A stretch of 64,000 bases of DNA from Micavibrio sp. (GTDB lineage Bacteria; Pseudomonadota; Alphaproteobacteria; Micavibrionales; UBA9664). Under the pieces are notes generated by a model. The model was not told the DNA's origin. It did not search any database and saw nothing but the letters and a program-made list of their open reading frames with translations. Of the stretch, positions 1 through 10,583 are shown in pieces. Made by a program: the position numbers and the translations under genes. Positions within the stretch are counted from its first letter, which is position 1. The number at the start of each line of letters is the position of its first letter. The stretch lies in the NCBI GenBank assembly GCA_002699085.1, contig PAAR01000028.1, positions 80,588-144,587 of the forward strand, given 5' to 3'.

Positions 1-68
1 CGGCAATTGCAATGTATCATGTCCTGATTGTATTGCAGTTGAAAATCATTCGCAATAAAAAGAATAGC

Positions 69-1367
69 TTATTTCAATGTTTTTTTGATTAATGTGGATA
101 TGTGCTTGGTATAGGGCGCATAATCAAAAATACTCTTAAGTTTTTTGACGTCCATCACGGCTTTGACGTCTTTGTCTTTTGATAAAAAGCTATAGAAGTC
201 AGTTTTAGCATCGCATTCCCAAACTTTCATCGCATTGCGCTGAACGATTAAATAAGCATCTTCACGGCTCACGCCAGCTTGGGTTAAGGCAAGCAACACA
301 CGCTGGGAGAACACAAGCCCGCCAAGTTTTTCTAAATTGGCTTTCATGGTTTTCGGGTAAATTAGTAAATTCTCAATCACGCTCGCTAAACGATTAAGCG
401 CAAAATCAAGCGTGATGCATGCATCAGGGCCGATCATCCGCTCAACGGAAGAATGCGAAATATCACGTTCATGCCAAAGGGCTACATTTTCTAAAGCAGG
501 TATTACATGCGAACGTACCACACGTGCAAGACCTGTGAGGTTTTCGGTTAAGACTGGGTTACGTTTATGCGGCATGGCTGAGGAGCCTTTTTGTCCTTTG
601 GCAAAAAATTCTTCGGCTTCACGGACTTCTGAACGTTGTAAGTGACGAATCTCAATTGCTAAGTTTTCAATAGAGGAAGCCGTAATGGCAAGGGCTGCAA
701 AAAACTCTGCATGGCGATCACGTGGGATGACCTGTGTTGAAATGGTTTCGGCACTTAACCCCATTTTCTTTGCGACATGGGCTTGTACGGACGGATCAAT
801 GGTTGAATAAGTGCCAACTGCACCAGAAATGGCGCATACAGAGATGTTTTCTATGGCACGTTTTAGACGGTCTTTATTACGCTGAAAGGCTGCATAATGC
901 CCTGATAACTTTAAACCAAAGGTTGTCGGCTCTGCATGAATACCGTGGGAGCGACCAATACAAAGCGTATCTTTATGCTCAAGACTACGTTTTTTCAAAG
1001 CGGCTAAAAGTCTGTCCAAATCTTTCAGCATGATCTCGCCAGATTGTTTCATCTGAACAGCAAAGGCGGTGTCAATAATATCTGAGGAGGTGACTCCTTG
1101 GTGAACATAGCGTGATTCTTCGCCGACATGTTCAGCGACACTGGTGAGGAAGGCAATTACATCATGTTTGACATCTTTTTCAATTTCATCAATGCGGGCA
1201 ACATCGAAATTGCCACGGTCTTTAAGCGCTTTTGCAACACCTTTTGGAATAACGCCGAGTTTTTCCTGTGCTTCGCAGATGTGTATTTCAATATCGAGCC
1301 AGATGCGGAATTTATTTTCAGCTGCCCAGATGTCGACCATTTCTTGTCTTGAGTAACGAGGTATCAT
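69..1367 (-). CDS. purB: adenylosuccinate lyase
   Basis: ORF 69..1445. The homologue-like N-terminus starts at the internal Met MIPRYSRQEM (ATG at 1367). Fumarate-lyase signature GSSAMPHKRNP is present. The longer ORF start would overlap the ppdK start. Confidence 0.9.
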   Translation of the reverse strand: MIPRYSRQEMVDIWAAENKFRIWLDIEIHICEAQEKLGVIPKGVAKALKDRGNFDVARIDEIEKDVKHDVIAFLTSVAEHVGEESRYVHQGVTSSDIIDTAFAVQMKQSGEIMLKDLDRLLAALKKRSLEHKDTLCIGRSHGIHAEPTTFGLKLSGHYAAFQRNKDRLKRAIENISVCAISGAVGTYSTIDPSVQAHVAKKMGLSAETISTQVIPRDRHAEFFAALAITASSIENLAIEIRHLQRSEVREAEEFFAKGQKGSSAMPHKRNPVLTENLTGLARVVRSHVIPALENVALWHERDISHSSVERMIGPDACITLDFALNRLASVIENLLIYPKTMKANLEKLGGLVFSQRVLLALTQAGVSREDAYLIVQRNAMKVWECDAKTDFYSFLSKDKDVKAVMDVKKLKSIFDYAPYTKHISTLIKKTLK

Positions 1368-1438
1368 GTTTTTACTTCTACCTTTATTTACATGCTTTGA
1401 AAAGGCTATATTATTAACAACACAAAAAGGAGAATCGC

Positions 1439-4126
1439 ATGTCAAAATGGGTATATAGCTTTGGTGGTCGTGAAACAGAAGGTGGCGCAGAAATGCGGAA
1501 CTTGCTCGGTGGGAAAGGTGCTAATTTGGCTGAAATGGCTTCACTTGATCTGCCAGTACCAGCTGGATTTACCATTACGACAGAGGTTTGTACACATTTT
1601 TACGAGACGCAGAAGAGCTATCCCGCTGATTTAGAAAAGCAGGTTGAGAAGGCACTTGAAAAGGTTGAGTTGGCTGTTCAAGCAAGGTTCGGGGATAAGG
1701 AATTTCCGTTACTTGTCTCTGTCCGTTCTGGTGCCCGTGTTTCTATGCCAGGTATGATGGATACAGTGCTTAATCTGGGTTTAAATGACCAAACTGTCCG
1801 TGCTTTAGCAAAAAATAGTGAGAATGATCGTTTTGCGTATGATTCTTATCGACGCTTTATCCAAATGTATTCCAATGTCGTACTTGGCCTCGATCACCAT
1901 GATTTAGAAGATATTATCGATACCCATAAGCGCCGTGAAGGTGTGACAGAAGATACTGATATGGACGCTGCCGCATGGAAGAAGGTTATTGTTGATTTCA
2001 AAGCATTGGTAAAGAAGCAAACTGGCGAAGATTTCCCTGAGGATCCGAAAGAACAATTATGGGGTGCAATTGGTGCTGTCTTTAAATCGTGGGATACGCA
2101 ACGTGCCAAAGTATATCGCCAGCTTCATAATATCCCTGAAAAATGGGGAACAGCCGTCAATGTTCAAGCCATGGTTTTTGGTAATATGGGCAGTGATTGC
2201 GCAACAGGTGTCGCCTTTACCCGTGATCCTTCAACAGGAGAGAATGTTTTTTACGGTGAATACCTCGTTAATGCTCAAGGTGAAGACGTAGTGGCTGGGA
2301 TCCGTACGCCGCAATCCTTAACAATCAGAGGTAAAGAAAAAGAAGGCAGCAGCTTGCCTGCTATGGAAGAAGTAATGCCTGTTGTCTTTAAGCAATTAAA
2401 GGAAGTACGTGCAAAGCTTGAGAAACATTACAAGGATATGCAGGACATTGAATTCACTGTACAGGATAACAAACTTTATATGTTGCAAACCCGTACTGGC
2501 AAACGGACAGGTGCAGCAGCGCTCAAGATCGCCGTGGATATGGTCAATGAAGGACTAATTTCAAAAGAAGACGCTGTTTTACGTGTCGACCCTGAAAGTC
2601 TTAATCAATTACTGCATCCAAGTTTAGACCCAAAAGCACCGCAAGACGTTATTGCTAAAGGCTTGCCTGCTTCACCAGGGTCAGCATCTGGTCGTATTGT
2701 CTTTACAGCGGATGAGGCTGAAAGACTTTCGGGGGAATATAGCGTTATCTTAGTGCGCCAAGAAACCTCACCAGAAGATATTCACGGCATGCACGCTGCC
2801 GATGGTATTTTGACCAGTCGTGGCGGTATGACAAGTCATGCAGCTGTTGTAGCCCGTGGTATGGGGCGTCCTTGTGTTGCTGGTGCCGGCACGGTGATTA
2901 TTGATGCGAAGGCGCAAACGCTTAAAGTTGGCAATTTAACCTTACACGAAGGGGATATGCTGACCATTGATGGCACGACAGGGAAAGTGATTAATGGTCA
3001 AGTACCAACAATTGCCGCTGCGCTTTCTACAGACTTTGAAACTTTGATGGGATGGTCTGATACTTTCCGCAAAATGGGTGTGCGTACAAATGCAGACACA
3101 GCAGCAGATTGCGAAACAGCGATTAATTTTGGTGCAGAAGGTGTGGGGCTTTGTCGTACAGAGCATATGTTTTTTGATGGTGACCGTATTCAGCGTGTCA
3201 GAGAGATGATTTTTGCGGATGATGCGCAAAAACGCAAAAAAGCATTGAATTTCATTAAACCAATGCAACGAGATGACTTCTTCCATATTTTTAAAGCAAT
3301 GGAAGGTCTGCCGGTGACGATACGCTTACTTGATCCGCCTCTGCATGAGTTCTTACCGCACGATGAAGCACAAATGGTTGAGTTTGCAGCGACAGCTGAG
3401 ATTGCATTGGAAACAGTTAAAACGAGATTAGCACAGTTGCATGAAAGTAACCCGATGCTGGGACATCGTGGTTGTCGTTTAGGGATTACCTATCCTGAAA
3501 TTTACGATATGCAGGTTGAGGCAATTTTAGAAGCAGCATTGGATATTAAATCAAAAGGTAAGGCTGTTTTGCCAGAGATTATGGTGCCGCTTGTCAGCAC
3601 ACGAGCAGAGCTTTCAATATTGAAAAAACGTATAGAAGCTGTCGCCAAAAAAGTATTCGATGAGCGTAAAGACAAAGTTGAGTACATGATTGGCACGATG
3701 ATTGAGTTGCCTCGTGCCGCTTTGACAGCAGATCAGATTGCTGAAGAAGCCCAATTCTTTAGTTTCGGTACAAATGATTTAACACAAACGACATTAGGCA
3801 TTAGCCGTGATGATGCAGGTAGTTTTTTACCGCTTTATACAGCCCAAGGTATCTATGAGCGCGATCCCTTCGCCTCAATTGATGTTGAAGGTGTTGGCCA
3901 ATTGATAGAGATTGCGTGTGAAAAAGGCCGTTCCATTAGGGCTGATATGAAACTCGGTATTTGTGGTGAGCATGGTGGCGATCCTGACTCAATCGCCTTC
4001 TGTGCAGAACAAGGGTTAAGCTATGTCTCATGCTCACCTTTCCGTGTGCCGATTGCAAGACTAGCAGCGGCACAAGCGGCCATTCGTTTGAATAAAAAAG
4101 CTCAAGCAAAGAAAAAAGCTGCTTAA
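1439..4126 (+). CDS. ppdK: pyruvate, phosphate dikinase
   Basis: 895 aa. N-terminal ATP-grasp motif LLGGKGANLAEM, phospho-His motif GGMTSHAAVVARG, and C-terminal PEP-utilising TIM barrel (FFSFGTNDLTQ). Confidence 0.95.
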   Translation: MSKWVYSFGGRETEGGAEMRNLLGGKGANLAEMASLDLPVPAGFTITTEVCTHFYETQKSYPADLEKQVEKALEKVELAVQARFGDKEFPLLVSVRSGARVSMPGMMDTVLNLGLNDQTVRALAKNSENDRFAYDSYRRFIQMYSNVVLGLDHHDLEDIIDTHKRREGVTEDTDMDAAAWKKVIVDFKALVKKQTGEDFPEDPKEQLWGAIGAVFKSWDTQRAKVYRQLHNIPEKWGTAVNVQAMVFGNMGSDCATGVAFTRDPSTGENVFYGEYLVNAQGEDVVAGIRTPQSLTIRGKEKEGSSLPAMEEVMPVVFKQLKEVRAKLEKHYKDMQDIEFTVQDNKLYMLQTRTGKRTGAAALKIAVDMVNEGLISKEDAVLRVDPESLNQLLHPSLDPKAPQDVIAKGLPASPGSASGRIVFTADEAERLSGEYSVILVRQETSPEDIHGMHAADGILTSRGGMTSHAAVVARGMGRPCVAGAGTVIIDAKAQTLKVGNLTLHEGDMLTIDGTTGKVINGQVPTIAAALSTDFETLMGWSDTFRKMGVRTNADTAADCETAINFGAEGVGLCRTEHMFFDGDRIQRVREMIFADDAQKRKKALNFIKPMQRDDFFHIFKAMEGLPVTIRLLDPPLHEFLPHDEAQMVEFAATAEIALETVKTRLAQLHESNPMLGHRGCRLGITYPEIYDMQVEAILEAALDIKSKGKAVLPEIMVPLVSTRAELSILKKRIEAVAKKVFDERKDKVEYMIGTMIELPRAALTADQIAEEAQFFSFGTNDLTQTTLGISRDDAGSFLPLYTAQGIYERDPFASIDVEGVGQLIEIACEKGRSIRADMKLGICGEHGGDPDSIAFCAEQGLSYVSCSPFRVPIARLAAAQAAIRLNKKAQAKKKAA

Positions 4127-4869
4127 AGGATATTAAAGGGTAAGCTCAGCTTTAGTGCATCATCTTTAAGGAGGGCAAGACCGATATTGCCCTGTGAAGA
4201 GCACATTACACCAATCACTTTTCCGTCAACAATGATGTCTTCACCTGCTTGGGGGATAGCATTCCATTGAATGGTGTGAAGATGTTTTTTAGTTAAGCCA
4301 CGGTAATGCATACGAGCGGTGACTTCTTGCCCGACATAGCAGCCCTTTTTGAAATCAATGCCATTGAGTTTATCAATATTGAAATCGAGTAAAGTTGATT
4401 TCTCAACGATCATATCTTGGGAACCATCTGGTACACCTAATTTTATACGGTGTATATCCCATGCTTCAAACGGCTTTTCTTCGCCATCAGGTTTTGTATA
4501 AGAGCGGTATCCCAAATCAGTGTGACGTGGATCTTTATAACCCGCTGCATCACCCCAACTTACATAAACATCTACATTATTTTGCAAGTCTAAAGTGATC
4601 TTTGTGCGAAGTTTATAGAGTTTTAGTTTTTGTAAAAGATTTGCCGCACGTTCTCCGCCTTCGCAATCAAGGATTAATGTGTCGCCTTCTTGACGGACAA
4701 AGAAATCAAATAAGAACTTACCTTGGGCATTTAAAAGACAGCTATAGACAAGCTGGTTAGGTTGGATATTGGCAATGCTATTGGTGATAAGACTTTCTAG
4801 AAAATCTATGCGTGCTTCGCCAGAGATTATAATTTGCGCACGATTAGGTAATGTTGTGTAAAAGGCCAT
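4123..4869 (-). CDS. ygfZ: YgfZ/CAF17-family folate-binding protein (GcvT-like)
   Basis: 248 aa. C-terminal family motif KGCYVGQEVTARMHYRG and a GcvT-like N-terminal half. Confidence 0.7.
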   Translation of the reverse strand: MAFYTTLPNRAQIIISGEARIDFLESLITNSIANIQPNQLVYSCLLNAQGKFLFDFFVRQEGDTLILDCEGGERAANLLQKLKLYKLRTKITLDLQNNVDVYVSWGDAAGYKDPRHTDLGYRSYTKPDGEEKPFEAWDIHRIKLGVPDGSQDMIVEKSTLLDFNIDKLNGIDFKKGCYVGQEVTARMHYRGLTKKHLHTIQWNAIPQAGEDIIVDGKVIGVMCSSQGNIGLALLKDDALKLSLPFNIL

Positions 4870-4968
4870 ATGAGTAATCTAAAGGAACATAGCGTCTTAT
4901 CAATCTTTTTTGCTATTTTCATAATTTTTTAATATGTTTGTTTTATGATGCCAGGATTGAGGTAGGGT

Positions 4969-5655
4969 ATGGATATTCAAGAAATTAAAAAGGTAAGAGC
5001 TATATGGCACGATCTGAATTTAGCTTGTAAACGGCTTAATTCAGAAAAACTAATCGATTACGATGCCGAAGCTGACTTTGTCTCTCTTCGACAAAAATTA
5101 GATGAGTTTAAAGAGGATATATTTCAATATAAAGCGCAAGATAGACTCGATGAAGATAGGGTTCGTCTACAAGTCGAAGGTTTTGTGCATCATTTTGAAA
5201 CCTTGGTAGACAGAGCATCATATAAAGCCGACGAAAGAGAAATAAAGGCAGGCACGAACCTTGGTCAAGGTTATACTGTTCGAGATTTAGTCAAAGATAT
5301 TATTCCAGACTATTGGAATGCGTTGCCACAATATTGGACTGTAGATACGAATATAGATGTAAAAGAAGTGATTGATAATTACCGCTCATACGAAAGTCCT
5401 TCAGCAGAAGTTCTTGAGAATTTGAAAAGTGTAGCACAGCATTTTGAACGTGTGGCAGCACCATTTCCAAAAGAAGCAGAGAAAATTCATAATTTTATTG
5501 TTACGCTTTCATCTTTTATTGACATCAATGACACTAGCAATGTTGACCCGAGAGGACATCTAGCGGATTTTAATGATCTTTTAAACCGTTATAAAGCAAA
5601 TGGTAGAGAAGCACCGACAGTTGAGAGAGCTTTCAGAGATATTACAAGTCCTTAG
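4969..5655 (+). CDS. hypothetical protein, predicted mostly helical, no family recognised
   Basis: 228-aa ORF with a good SD (GAGGTAGGG) 3-4 nt upstream of the ATG. No recognisable motif. The 3' end overlaps the cobB 3' end by 14 nt. Confidence 0.5.
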   Translation: MDIQEIKKVRAIWHDLNLACKRLNSEKLIDYDAEADFVSLRQKLDEFKEDIFQYKAQDRLDEDRVRLQVEGFVHHFETLVDRASYKADEREIKAGTNLGQGYTVRDLVKDIIPDYWNALPQYWTVDTNIDVKEVIDNYRSYESPSAEVLENLKSVAQHFERVAAPFPKEAEKIHNFIVTLSSFIDINDTSNVDPRGHLADFNDLLNRYKANGREAPTVERAFRDITSP

Positions 5656-6352
5656 ATAAATATTGAGGCACGATATCCGTAGCTTTGCCGTGATGGTGTT
5701 CGGCGAATGCTGAGCTTCCCATGCTTGGTTCTAAATTAAGCTCTACGGTGTGCGCACCTGCCATACGGGCTTCTTGTACAAAACCAGCGGCTGGATAGAC
5801 ATTGCCTGATGTGCCGATTGAAATAAATAAATCGCAGTTCATTAATTTATCAAAAATCATTTCCATCTCAATCGGCATTTCGCCGAACCACACAATATGT
5901 GGGCGGGTTGTAGCACTTTCTCCACAGGCCATACACAAATCATCCACAGATAAGTCCACAAGCGTTTCACCAATATGAGGACAGGCAGTGCAACTTGTTT
6001 TTAGGAGTTCGCCATGCATATGGTGAACATGAGACGAGCCTGCACGCTCGTGAAGATTGTCTATATTTTGTGTTACCAGAAACACATCGGGATGGCTCGC
6101 TTGCAGCTCAGCAATAGCAATGTGGGCCGCATTAGGTTTAATTGCTTCGCTTAATAGTTGCTGCCTTCGCATATTATAAAATTGATGGACAAGCGCAGGG
6201 TCACGTTTAAAGGCTTCTGGCGTGGCGACATCTTCTAAGCGGTGGTTCTCCCATAGGCCATTTTGGTCACGAAACGTTTGGATGCCAGATTCAGCTGAAA
6301 TACCCGCGCCTGTGAGAATAACGATAGATTTATATTTATGCAGCTTTGCCAT
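5642..6352 (-). CDS. cobB: NAD-dependent protein deacylase (sirtuin, CobB/Sir2 family)
   Basis: 236 aa. [17 protein letters not shown]-binding motif, catalytic His region [10 protein letters not shown], and Zn ribbon CxxC...CxxC (CTACPH / CMACG). Confidence 0.85.
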   Translation of the reverse strand: MAKLHKYKSIVILTGAGISAESGIQTFRDQNGLWENHRLEDVATPEAFKRDPALVHQFYNMRRQQLLSEAIKPNAAHIAIAELQASHPDVFLVTQNIDNLHERAGSSHVHHMHGELLKTSCTACPHIGETLVDLSVDDLCMACGESATTRPHIVWFGEMPIEMEMIFDKLMNCDLFISIGTSGNVYPAAGFVQEARMAGAHTVELNLEPSMGSSAFAEHHHGKATDIVPQYLSKDL

Positions 6353-7517
6353 TATTTTGGCTTTGGTGCGTTTTAATCATATCTGTGAAACGTTCGAACA
6401 GATAATGCGTATCATGTGGGCCTGGAGAGGCTTCTGGGTGATATTGCACAGAAAATGCTGGCTTGTCTTTGAGGCGTATTCCTTCATTAGAGCCGTCAAA
6501 CAAGCTAAGATGTGTGACCTCTGCGGTTTTTGGCAGGCTGTCTTCAATAACTTCAAAGCCGTGGTTTTGAGAGGTGATTTCAACTTTACCTGTGGTGAGA
6601 TCTTTCACAGGTTGATTGGCACCACGATGGCCTAAATGCATTTTACGTGTTTTTGCACCAATCGCTAAAGCTAAAAGCTGATGCCCTAAGCAAATGCCAA
6701 AAAGCGGAATATTGTGCTCAATAACTTGCTGAATAATGGGCACGGCATATTCACCTGTTGCGGCGGGGTCACCTGGACCATTAGATAAGAATACCCCGTC
6801 AGGGTTAAGTTTCTGAATATCTTTAAAGCTTGTATTAGCTGGGACGACAGTTACATTACAACCCGCACTTACAAGACAGCGTAGTATGTTTTGTTTTGCG
6901 CCGTAATCAATGGCAACGATGTTCAGTTTATTATTTTTTTGTTGGCCATGACCTTCGCCCAATACCCATAGAGATTGATCCCATTTGTAGGGTCTATCTG
7001 TGGTGACTTCAATAGCGAGATCTAACCCGTCTAAGCCTTGCCATTCTTTAATTTGTTTTGTCAGAGCAGGAATATCAAATTCGCCAGATTGATTGTGAAC
7101 GATTGCACCTTTAGGTGCACCAAGGTCACGAATACGTTGGGCCAAAGCACGTGTATCAATGCCTGAAATGGCGGGGAAATTATTTTTTATCAACCATTCA
7201 TGGAGATGCGCTGTGCTGCGCCAGTTAGATGGATTTGTGATTGGTTCACGTAAAACCATACCACGAGATGCTATCTTATTCGTTTCAATGTCTTCTTCAT
7301 TAACGCCTGTATTGCCGATATGTGGGAAGGTAAAGGTAATAATCTGGCCTGCATAGCTAGGATCCGTTATAATCTCTTGATAGCCTGTCATAGATGTATT
7401 AAAACAGACTTCCCCGATATTGGCGGTTTGTGCACCGAATCCGAAACCTTCGAAAATCGTGCCGTCTTCGAGGATTAGTAGAGCTGTTGTATTATTGGCT
7501 ATAGACATTAAAATCAA
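6336..7517 (-). CDS. carA: carbamoyl-phosphate synthase small (glutaminase) subunit
   Basis: 393 aa. GATase triad region [10 protein letters not shown] and HGFE...[12 protein letters not shown]. An alternative start Met is at 7508. The 3' end overlaps the cobB start by 17 nt. Confidence 0.9.
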   Translation of the reverse strand: MILMSIANNTTALLILEDGTIFEGFGFGAQTANIGEVCFNTSMTGYQEIITDPSYAGQIITFTFPHIGNTGVNEEDIETNKIASRGMVLREPITNPSNWRSTAHLHEWLIKNNFPAISGIDTRALAQRIRDLGAPKGAIVHNQSGEFDIPALTKQIKEWQGLDGLDLAIEVTTDRPYKWDQSLWVLGEGHGQQKNNKLNIVAIDYGAKQNILRCLVSAGCNVTVVPANTSFKDIQKLNPDGVFLSNGPGDPAATGEYAVPIIQQVIEHNIPLFGICLGHQLLALAIGAKTRKMHLGHRGANQPVKDLTTGKVEITSQNHGFEVIEDSLPKTAEVTHLSLFDGSNEGIRLKDKPAFSVQYHPEASPGPHDTHYLFERFTDMIKTHQSQNNGKAA

Positions 7518-7560
7518 TGTATAGTGAGTCTTAACAAGAAAGAAAAGAAAGAATTTAAAA

Positions 7561-8025
7561 ATGATGTTACGGGAGAAAATTCAAGCAGCGCAAAAAGAAG
7601 CGATGTTAAGCAAATCTCAGCAGAGATTAGCGACCATCAGACTGATTATGGCGACATTAAAAGATCGTGATATTGCTGTGCGTGCAAAGAACAAGCCAGA
7701 GGGTATTGATGATGCTGATATCTTATCAATGCTTCAGGGGATGATTAAACAGCGCCGTGACTCGATACAAATGTATAAAGAGGGTGGTCGTCAAGAATTG
7801 GCGGATCGTGAAGCGGCAGAGATTAATATTATTGAAGAATTTTTACCCGCACAGCTCTCTGATGATGATGTAAAGAAAATTATTGATGGTCTAATTGCTG
7901 ATATTGAAGCCGATGGCATGAAAGATATGGGCAAGGTTATTTCAGCACTTAAAGAGAAATATGCAGGGCAAGTTGATATGGGTAAAGCCAGTGCATTGGT
8001 TAAAGACAAGCTCTCTGCTGCCTAA
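7561..8025 (+). CDS. GatB/YqeY domain-containing protein
   Basis: 154 aa. Typical YqeY pattern (AMLSK...LATIRLIMATLKDRDI...REAAEINIIEEFLP). Confidence 0.8.
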   Translation: MMLREKIQAAQKEAMLSKSQQRLATIRLIMATLKDRDIAVRAKNKPEGIDDADILSMLQGMIKQRRDSIQMYKEGGRQELADREAAEINIIEEFLPAQLSDDDVKKIIDGLIADIEADGMKDMGKVISALKEKYAGQVDMGKASALVKDKLSAA

Positions 8026-8251
8026 TTAAAAGAATATTATCTTTTTCATAAAGTTTTATTAACTTTTTTGTCGTATGATTTAAAAGATCATAGGGCTGGG
8101 GAGCATTAAAACTAATTTTTTTACTGCTGTTTCTCGACGTTAATAAAATAGTAACGATTAGCTCTTATGGTAGCGATGGGTTTAATAAAGGGTTTAACAA
8201 AAAGGGAGTGTAGATCTGTTGATTGCGGGGGCAATTATTTAGGGCTTACTA

Positions 8252-9394
8252 TTGGGGAATATGTATCTAGACAATAATCTTAGCAAAGAGTTTGATAGCT
8301 TCTTAGTTCAATTGCACGATTCAGAACGTGTACTAGAATTAGCGAAAGAGCGAAAGTCACCAACAGCTGTTGCTGCTTTGGCGGATGTTATTGCTGTGGC
8401 GATGCAAGCTGACCTCACAGTCACAGAGGCTGAATTAGCCGCAGACATTCTTGTTGATTTAACCAAAAAATTAGAGATCCAAATTCGTGCAGGTCTGGCT
8501 CTTCGCTTGAGTGCGTTGGAGCGTCTGCCATTACGTCTTGCCTTACATATCGCCAATGATGTGCCAGAGGTAGCGAAAGCATTTTTAGAAAACACACCTG
8601 TTTTGGGTGATATGGATTTGTTTTATATTATTCAAGGTCAAGGGTCTGAACATTGGCAGGCAATCGCTAAGCGTCAAAATTTATCTGATAAGGTGATTAA
8701 TCTTCTTGTTGAAAAAGAAGATGCACTGACTTCCGAGAATATATTGAACAATGAACATATTGCGTTGCCAGAGCGTTCTATTGAAATGTTAATGGATTTC
8801 GTTCAGCAAAATACAGCATTAATGGTACAGTTTGCTAAGCGTGGTGAAGTTTCTGAAAAATTATTATTAGAACTTTATTGGAAAGTAAACGCAGAACAAC
8901 GTGCGGTTATTACCGACCTTGTTGGTCTTGATTTAAGTGCAAATGTTATTGATGAGCAATTACAAGATATTGGTGTTGATTTCACAAATGTAACTTTTGG
9001 ACAATTAAATGTCACAAAAGATATGCAAGCGACGGCACGTAAGATGAAAGAGTCTGGTTCGTTGGATGTTAAAAAAATGAGTTATGCATTAAAAAACGAT
9101 CAGCTTGGTCTTTTCTATGCGATGTTTGCTGAATTTAGTGAGATACCGCTTGGCCAGTTAGATGAAATTTTCCGTGAAGATCAGAGTAAGGTTTTTCCAG
9201 TTGTGGCAAAAGCATTGGGCTTGGATCGTTCGACATTTGTTTGCTTCTTGTTGCAGACGAGAAAGCTAAGAAATAACGGTTTATTGATCGATCATTCACA
9301 TCTGTATAAAGCAATACAATTGTTTAATTCAGTGACAGTTGAAATGGCTGATACATTGATGAAGCAACTAACTTCAGCCGCCCAAACAGCCTAA
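8252..9394 (+). CDS. DUF2336-like helical-repeat protein (alphaproteobacterial conserved hypothetical)
   Basis: 380 aa. Repeated helical segments resembling DUF2336, recognised from memory only. The ORF starts at TTG, with an alternative ATG at 8261. Confidence 0.5.
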   Translation: MGNMYLDNNLSKEFDSFLVQLHDSERVLELAKERKSPTAVAALADVIAVAMQADLTVTEAELAADILVDLTKKLEIQIRAGLALRLSALERLPLRLALHIANDVPEVAKAFLENTPVLGDMDLFYIIQGQGSEHWQAIAKRQNLSDKVINLLVEKEDALTSENILNNEHIALPERSIEMLMDFVQQNTALMVQFAKRGEVSEKLLLELYWKVNAEQRAVITDLVGLDLSANVIDEQLQDIGVDFTNVTFGQLNVTKDMQATARKMKESGSLDVKKMSYALKNDQLGLFYAMFAEFSEIPLGQLDEIFREDQSKVFPVVAKALGLDRSTFVCFLLQTRKLRNNGLLIDHSHLYKAIQLFNSVTVEMADTLMKQLTSAAQTA

Positions 9395-10581
9395 CGGTCT
9401 AGGGCTTCGATTGCTGGTAACGTTTTGCCTTCTAACCATTCCAAGAATGCACCACCTGCGGTAGATATATAGGTGAAATCTTGTGATGCGCCTGCGTTAG
9501 TAAGGGCTGAAACAGTATCACCACCACCGCCAACCGCTACAATATCGCCAGATTTAGCTTTTTCACCAACATATTGAGCCAATGCAGTCGTACCGTGGTC
9601 AAAAGGTTTTATTTCAAAAGCGCCCATTGGGCCATTCCATAAAATAGTTTTTACTTCGGCTAGAGCGTCAATAACATGTCTGACTGATTTCTTGCCGATA
9701 TCGAGCATCATTTCCTCACCCTGAATATCCTCTACAGATGCTTCACGGAAGGCCGATCCTGCGGCGAATTCTGTCGCCATCATCCCATCTATCGGCAGTA
9801 TGAGTTTACAGCGGTTTTGTTGGCATAGGGCTGTGATCGCCATCACTTCATCCAGCATATCGGGTTCACATAGGGATTTACCGACATTTAGGCCTTGTGC
9901 TTTAAAAAAGGTGTTGGCCATGCCGCCGCCTAAAATAATCATGTCCATTTTTGTCACAAGGTGCTTAATGATTGTTAGTTTTGTGGAAACTTTTGCACCA
10001 CCTATAATCGCTGCTACAGGTTTTTGTGGATTATCAACGGTCGTTGTTAAGCTTTTGACTTCTTTTAATAAATTTAGACCCGCAAAGTTAGGCAATCCTA
10101 AGCCCATCATTGATGCATGGGCACGATGTGAGCTTGCAAAAGCATCACAAACATAAATTTCACCGAGCTTGCTTAAGGCTTTGGAAAAAGCAGGGTCATT
10201 TGCTTCTTCACCAGCATGAAAACGCAAATTTTCCAATAGCAGGATTTGACCAGATTCTAAATCATTAGCAGCTTTTTGTGGTTTATCTCCGATGGTTTCG
10301 TCACAAAAACTCACATCATATCCCCATAAATTTTTTAATACAGGCGGTAAAAATGAGAGTGACAGGTCATCTACGACTTTGCCTTTAGGCCGTCCTGCAT
10401 GAGCAATGATAATAATTTTTGCTTTTTCTTGAACGAGAAAGTCGATGGTATTTTTCGCACGTTCTATCCTTGCGGTGTCTAAGACTTCACCGTCTTTGAA
10501 CGGGACATCAAGATCGAGCCTGACGATAATTTTTTTACCGTTTAATGTGCCTTGTTGTTCTTCGATAGAATGTATTGTCAT
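9391..10581 (-). CDS. pgk: phosphoglycerate kinase
   Basis: 396 aa. RLDLDVP, AHAGRPKG, and C-terminal STAGGAFLEWLEGK motifs. Confidence 0.95.
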   Translation of the reverse strand: MTIHSIEEQQGTLNGKKIIVRLDLDVPFKDGEVLDTARIERAKNTIDFLVQEKAKIIIIAHAGRPKGKVVDDLSLSFLPPVLKNLWGYDVSFCDETIGDKPQKAANDLESGQILLLENLRFHAGEEANDPAFSKALSKLGEIYVCDAFASSHRAHASMMGLGLPNFAGLNLLKEVKSLTTTVDNPQKPVAAIIGGAKVSTKLTIIKHLVTKMDMIILGGGMANTFFKAQGLNVGKSLCEPDMLDEVMAITALCQQNRCKLILPIDGMMATEFAAGSAFREASVEDIQGEEMMLDIGKKSVRHVIDALAEVKTILWNGPMGAFEIKPFDHGTTALAQYVGEKAKSGDIVAVGGGGDTVSALTNAGASQDFTYISTAGGAFLEWLEGKTLPAIEALDR

Positions 10582-10583
10582 GA

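Noticed and set aside
1368-1445. N-terminal extensions offered by the ORF track (purB to 1445, glyA from 25680, gcrA from 22134, greA to 56538, phhB from 60505, pmm to 45336).
   Set aside because: The extensions overlap neighbouring genes or promoters and lack homology to family N-termini. Internal Met codons with SD sequences match the canonical N-termini.
2942-3286. Long antisense ORFs inside large genes (for example 2942..3286 in ppdK, 9800..10156 in pgk, 25420..25791 in rpiB/glyA, 48302..48682 and 48624..48971 in pepP, 53021..53443 in the TPR gene, 29610..29916 in hppA).
   Set aside because: Each lies wholly within a gene that has strong family signatures on the other strand. None has a recognisable motif or an SD.
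5642-6352. Sir2-family gene next to an unknown ORF, considered as a possible SIR2-based defence system (Thoeris/DSR/SIR2-HerA type).
   Set aside because: The protein is a short canonical CobB-type sirtuin with an intact Zn ribbon and catalytic His region. It has no extra sensor or effector domain. It overlaps and follows carA on the same strand, while the neighbouring unknown ORF is on the opposite strand. No TIR, HerA, pAgo or other defence partner is present.
8026-8251. A 226-nt intergenic region, together with the 208-nt region at 16403..16610, inspected for tRNA, sRNA, riboswitch or CtrA-box (TTAA-N7-TTAA) signals.
   Set aside because: I could see no cloverleaf, stable conserved-looking hairpin or exact CtrA box, only near-matches such as TTAA-N7-TTAT. 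These are AT-rich promoter-like sequences only.
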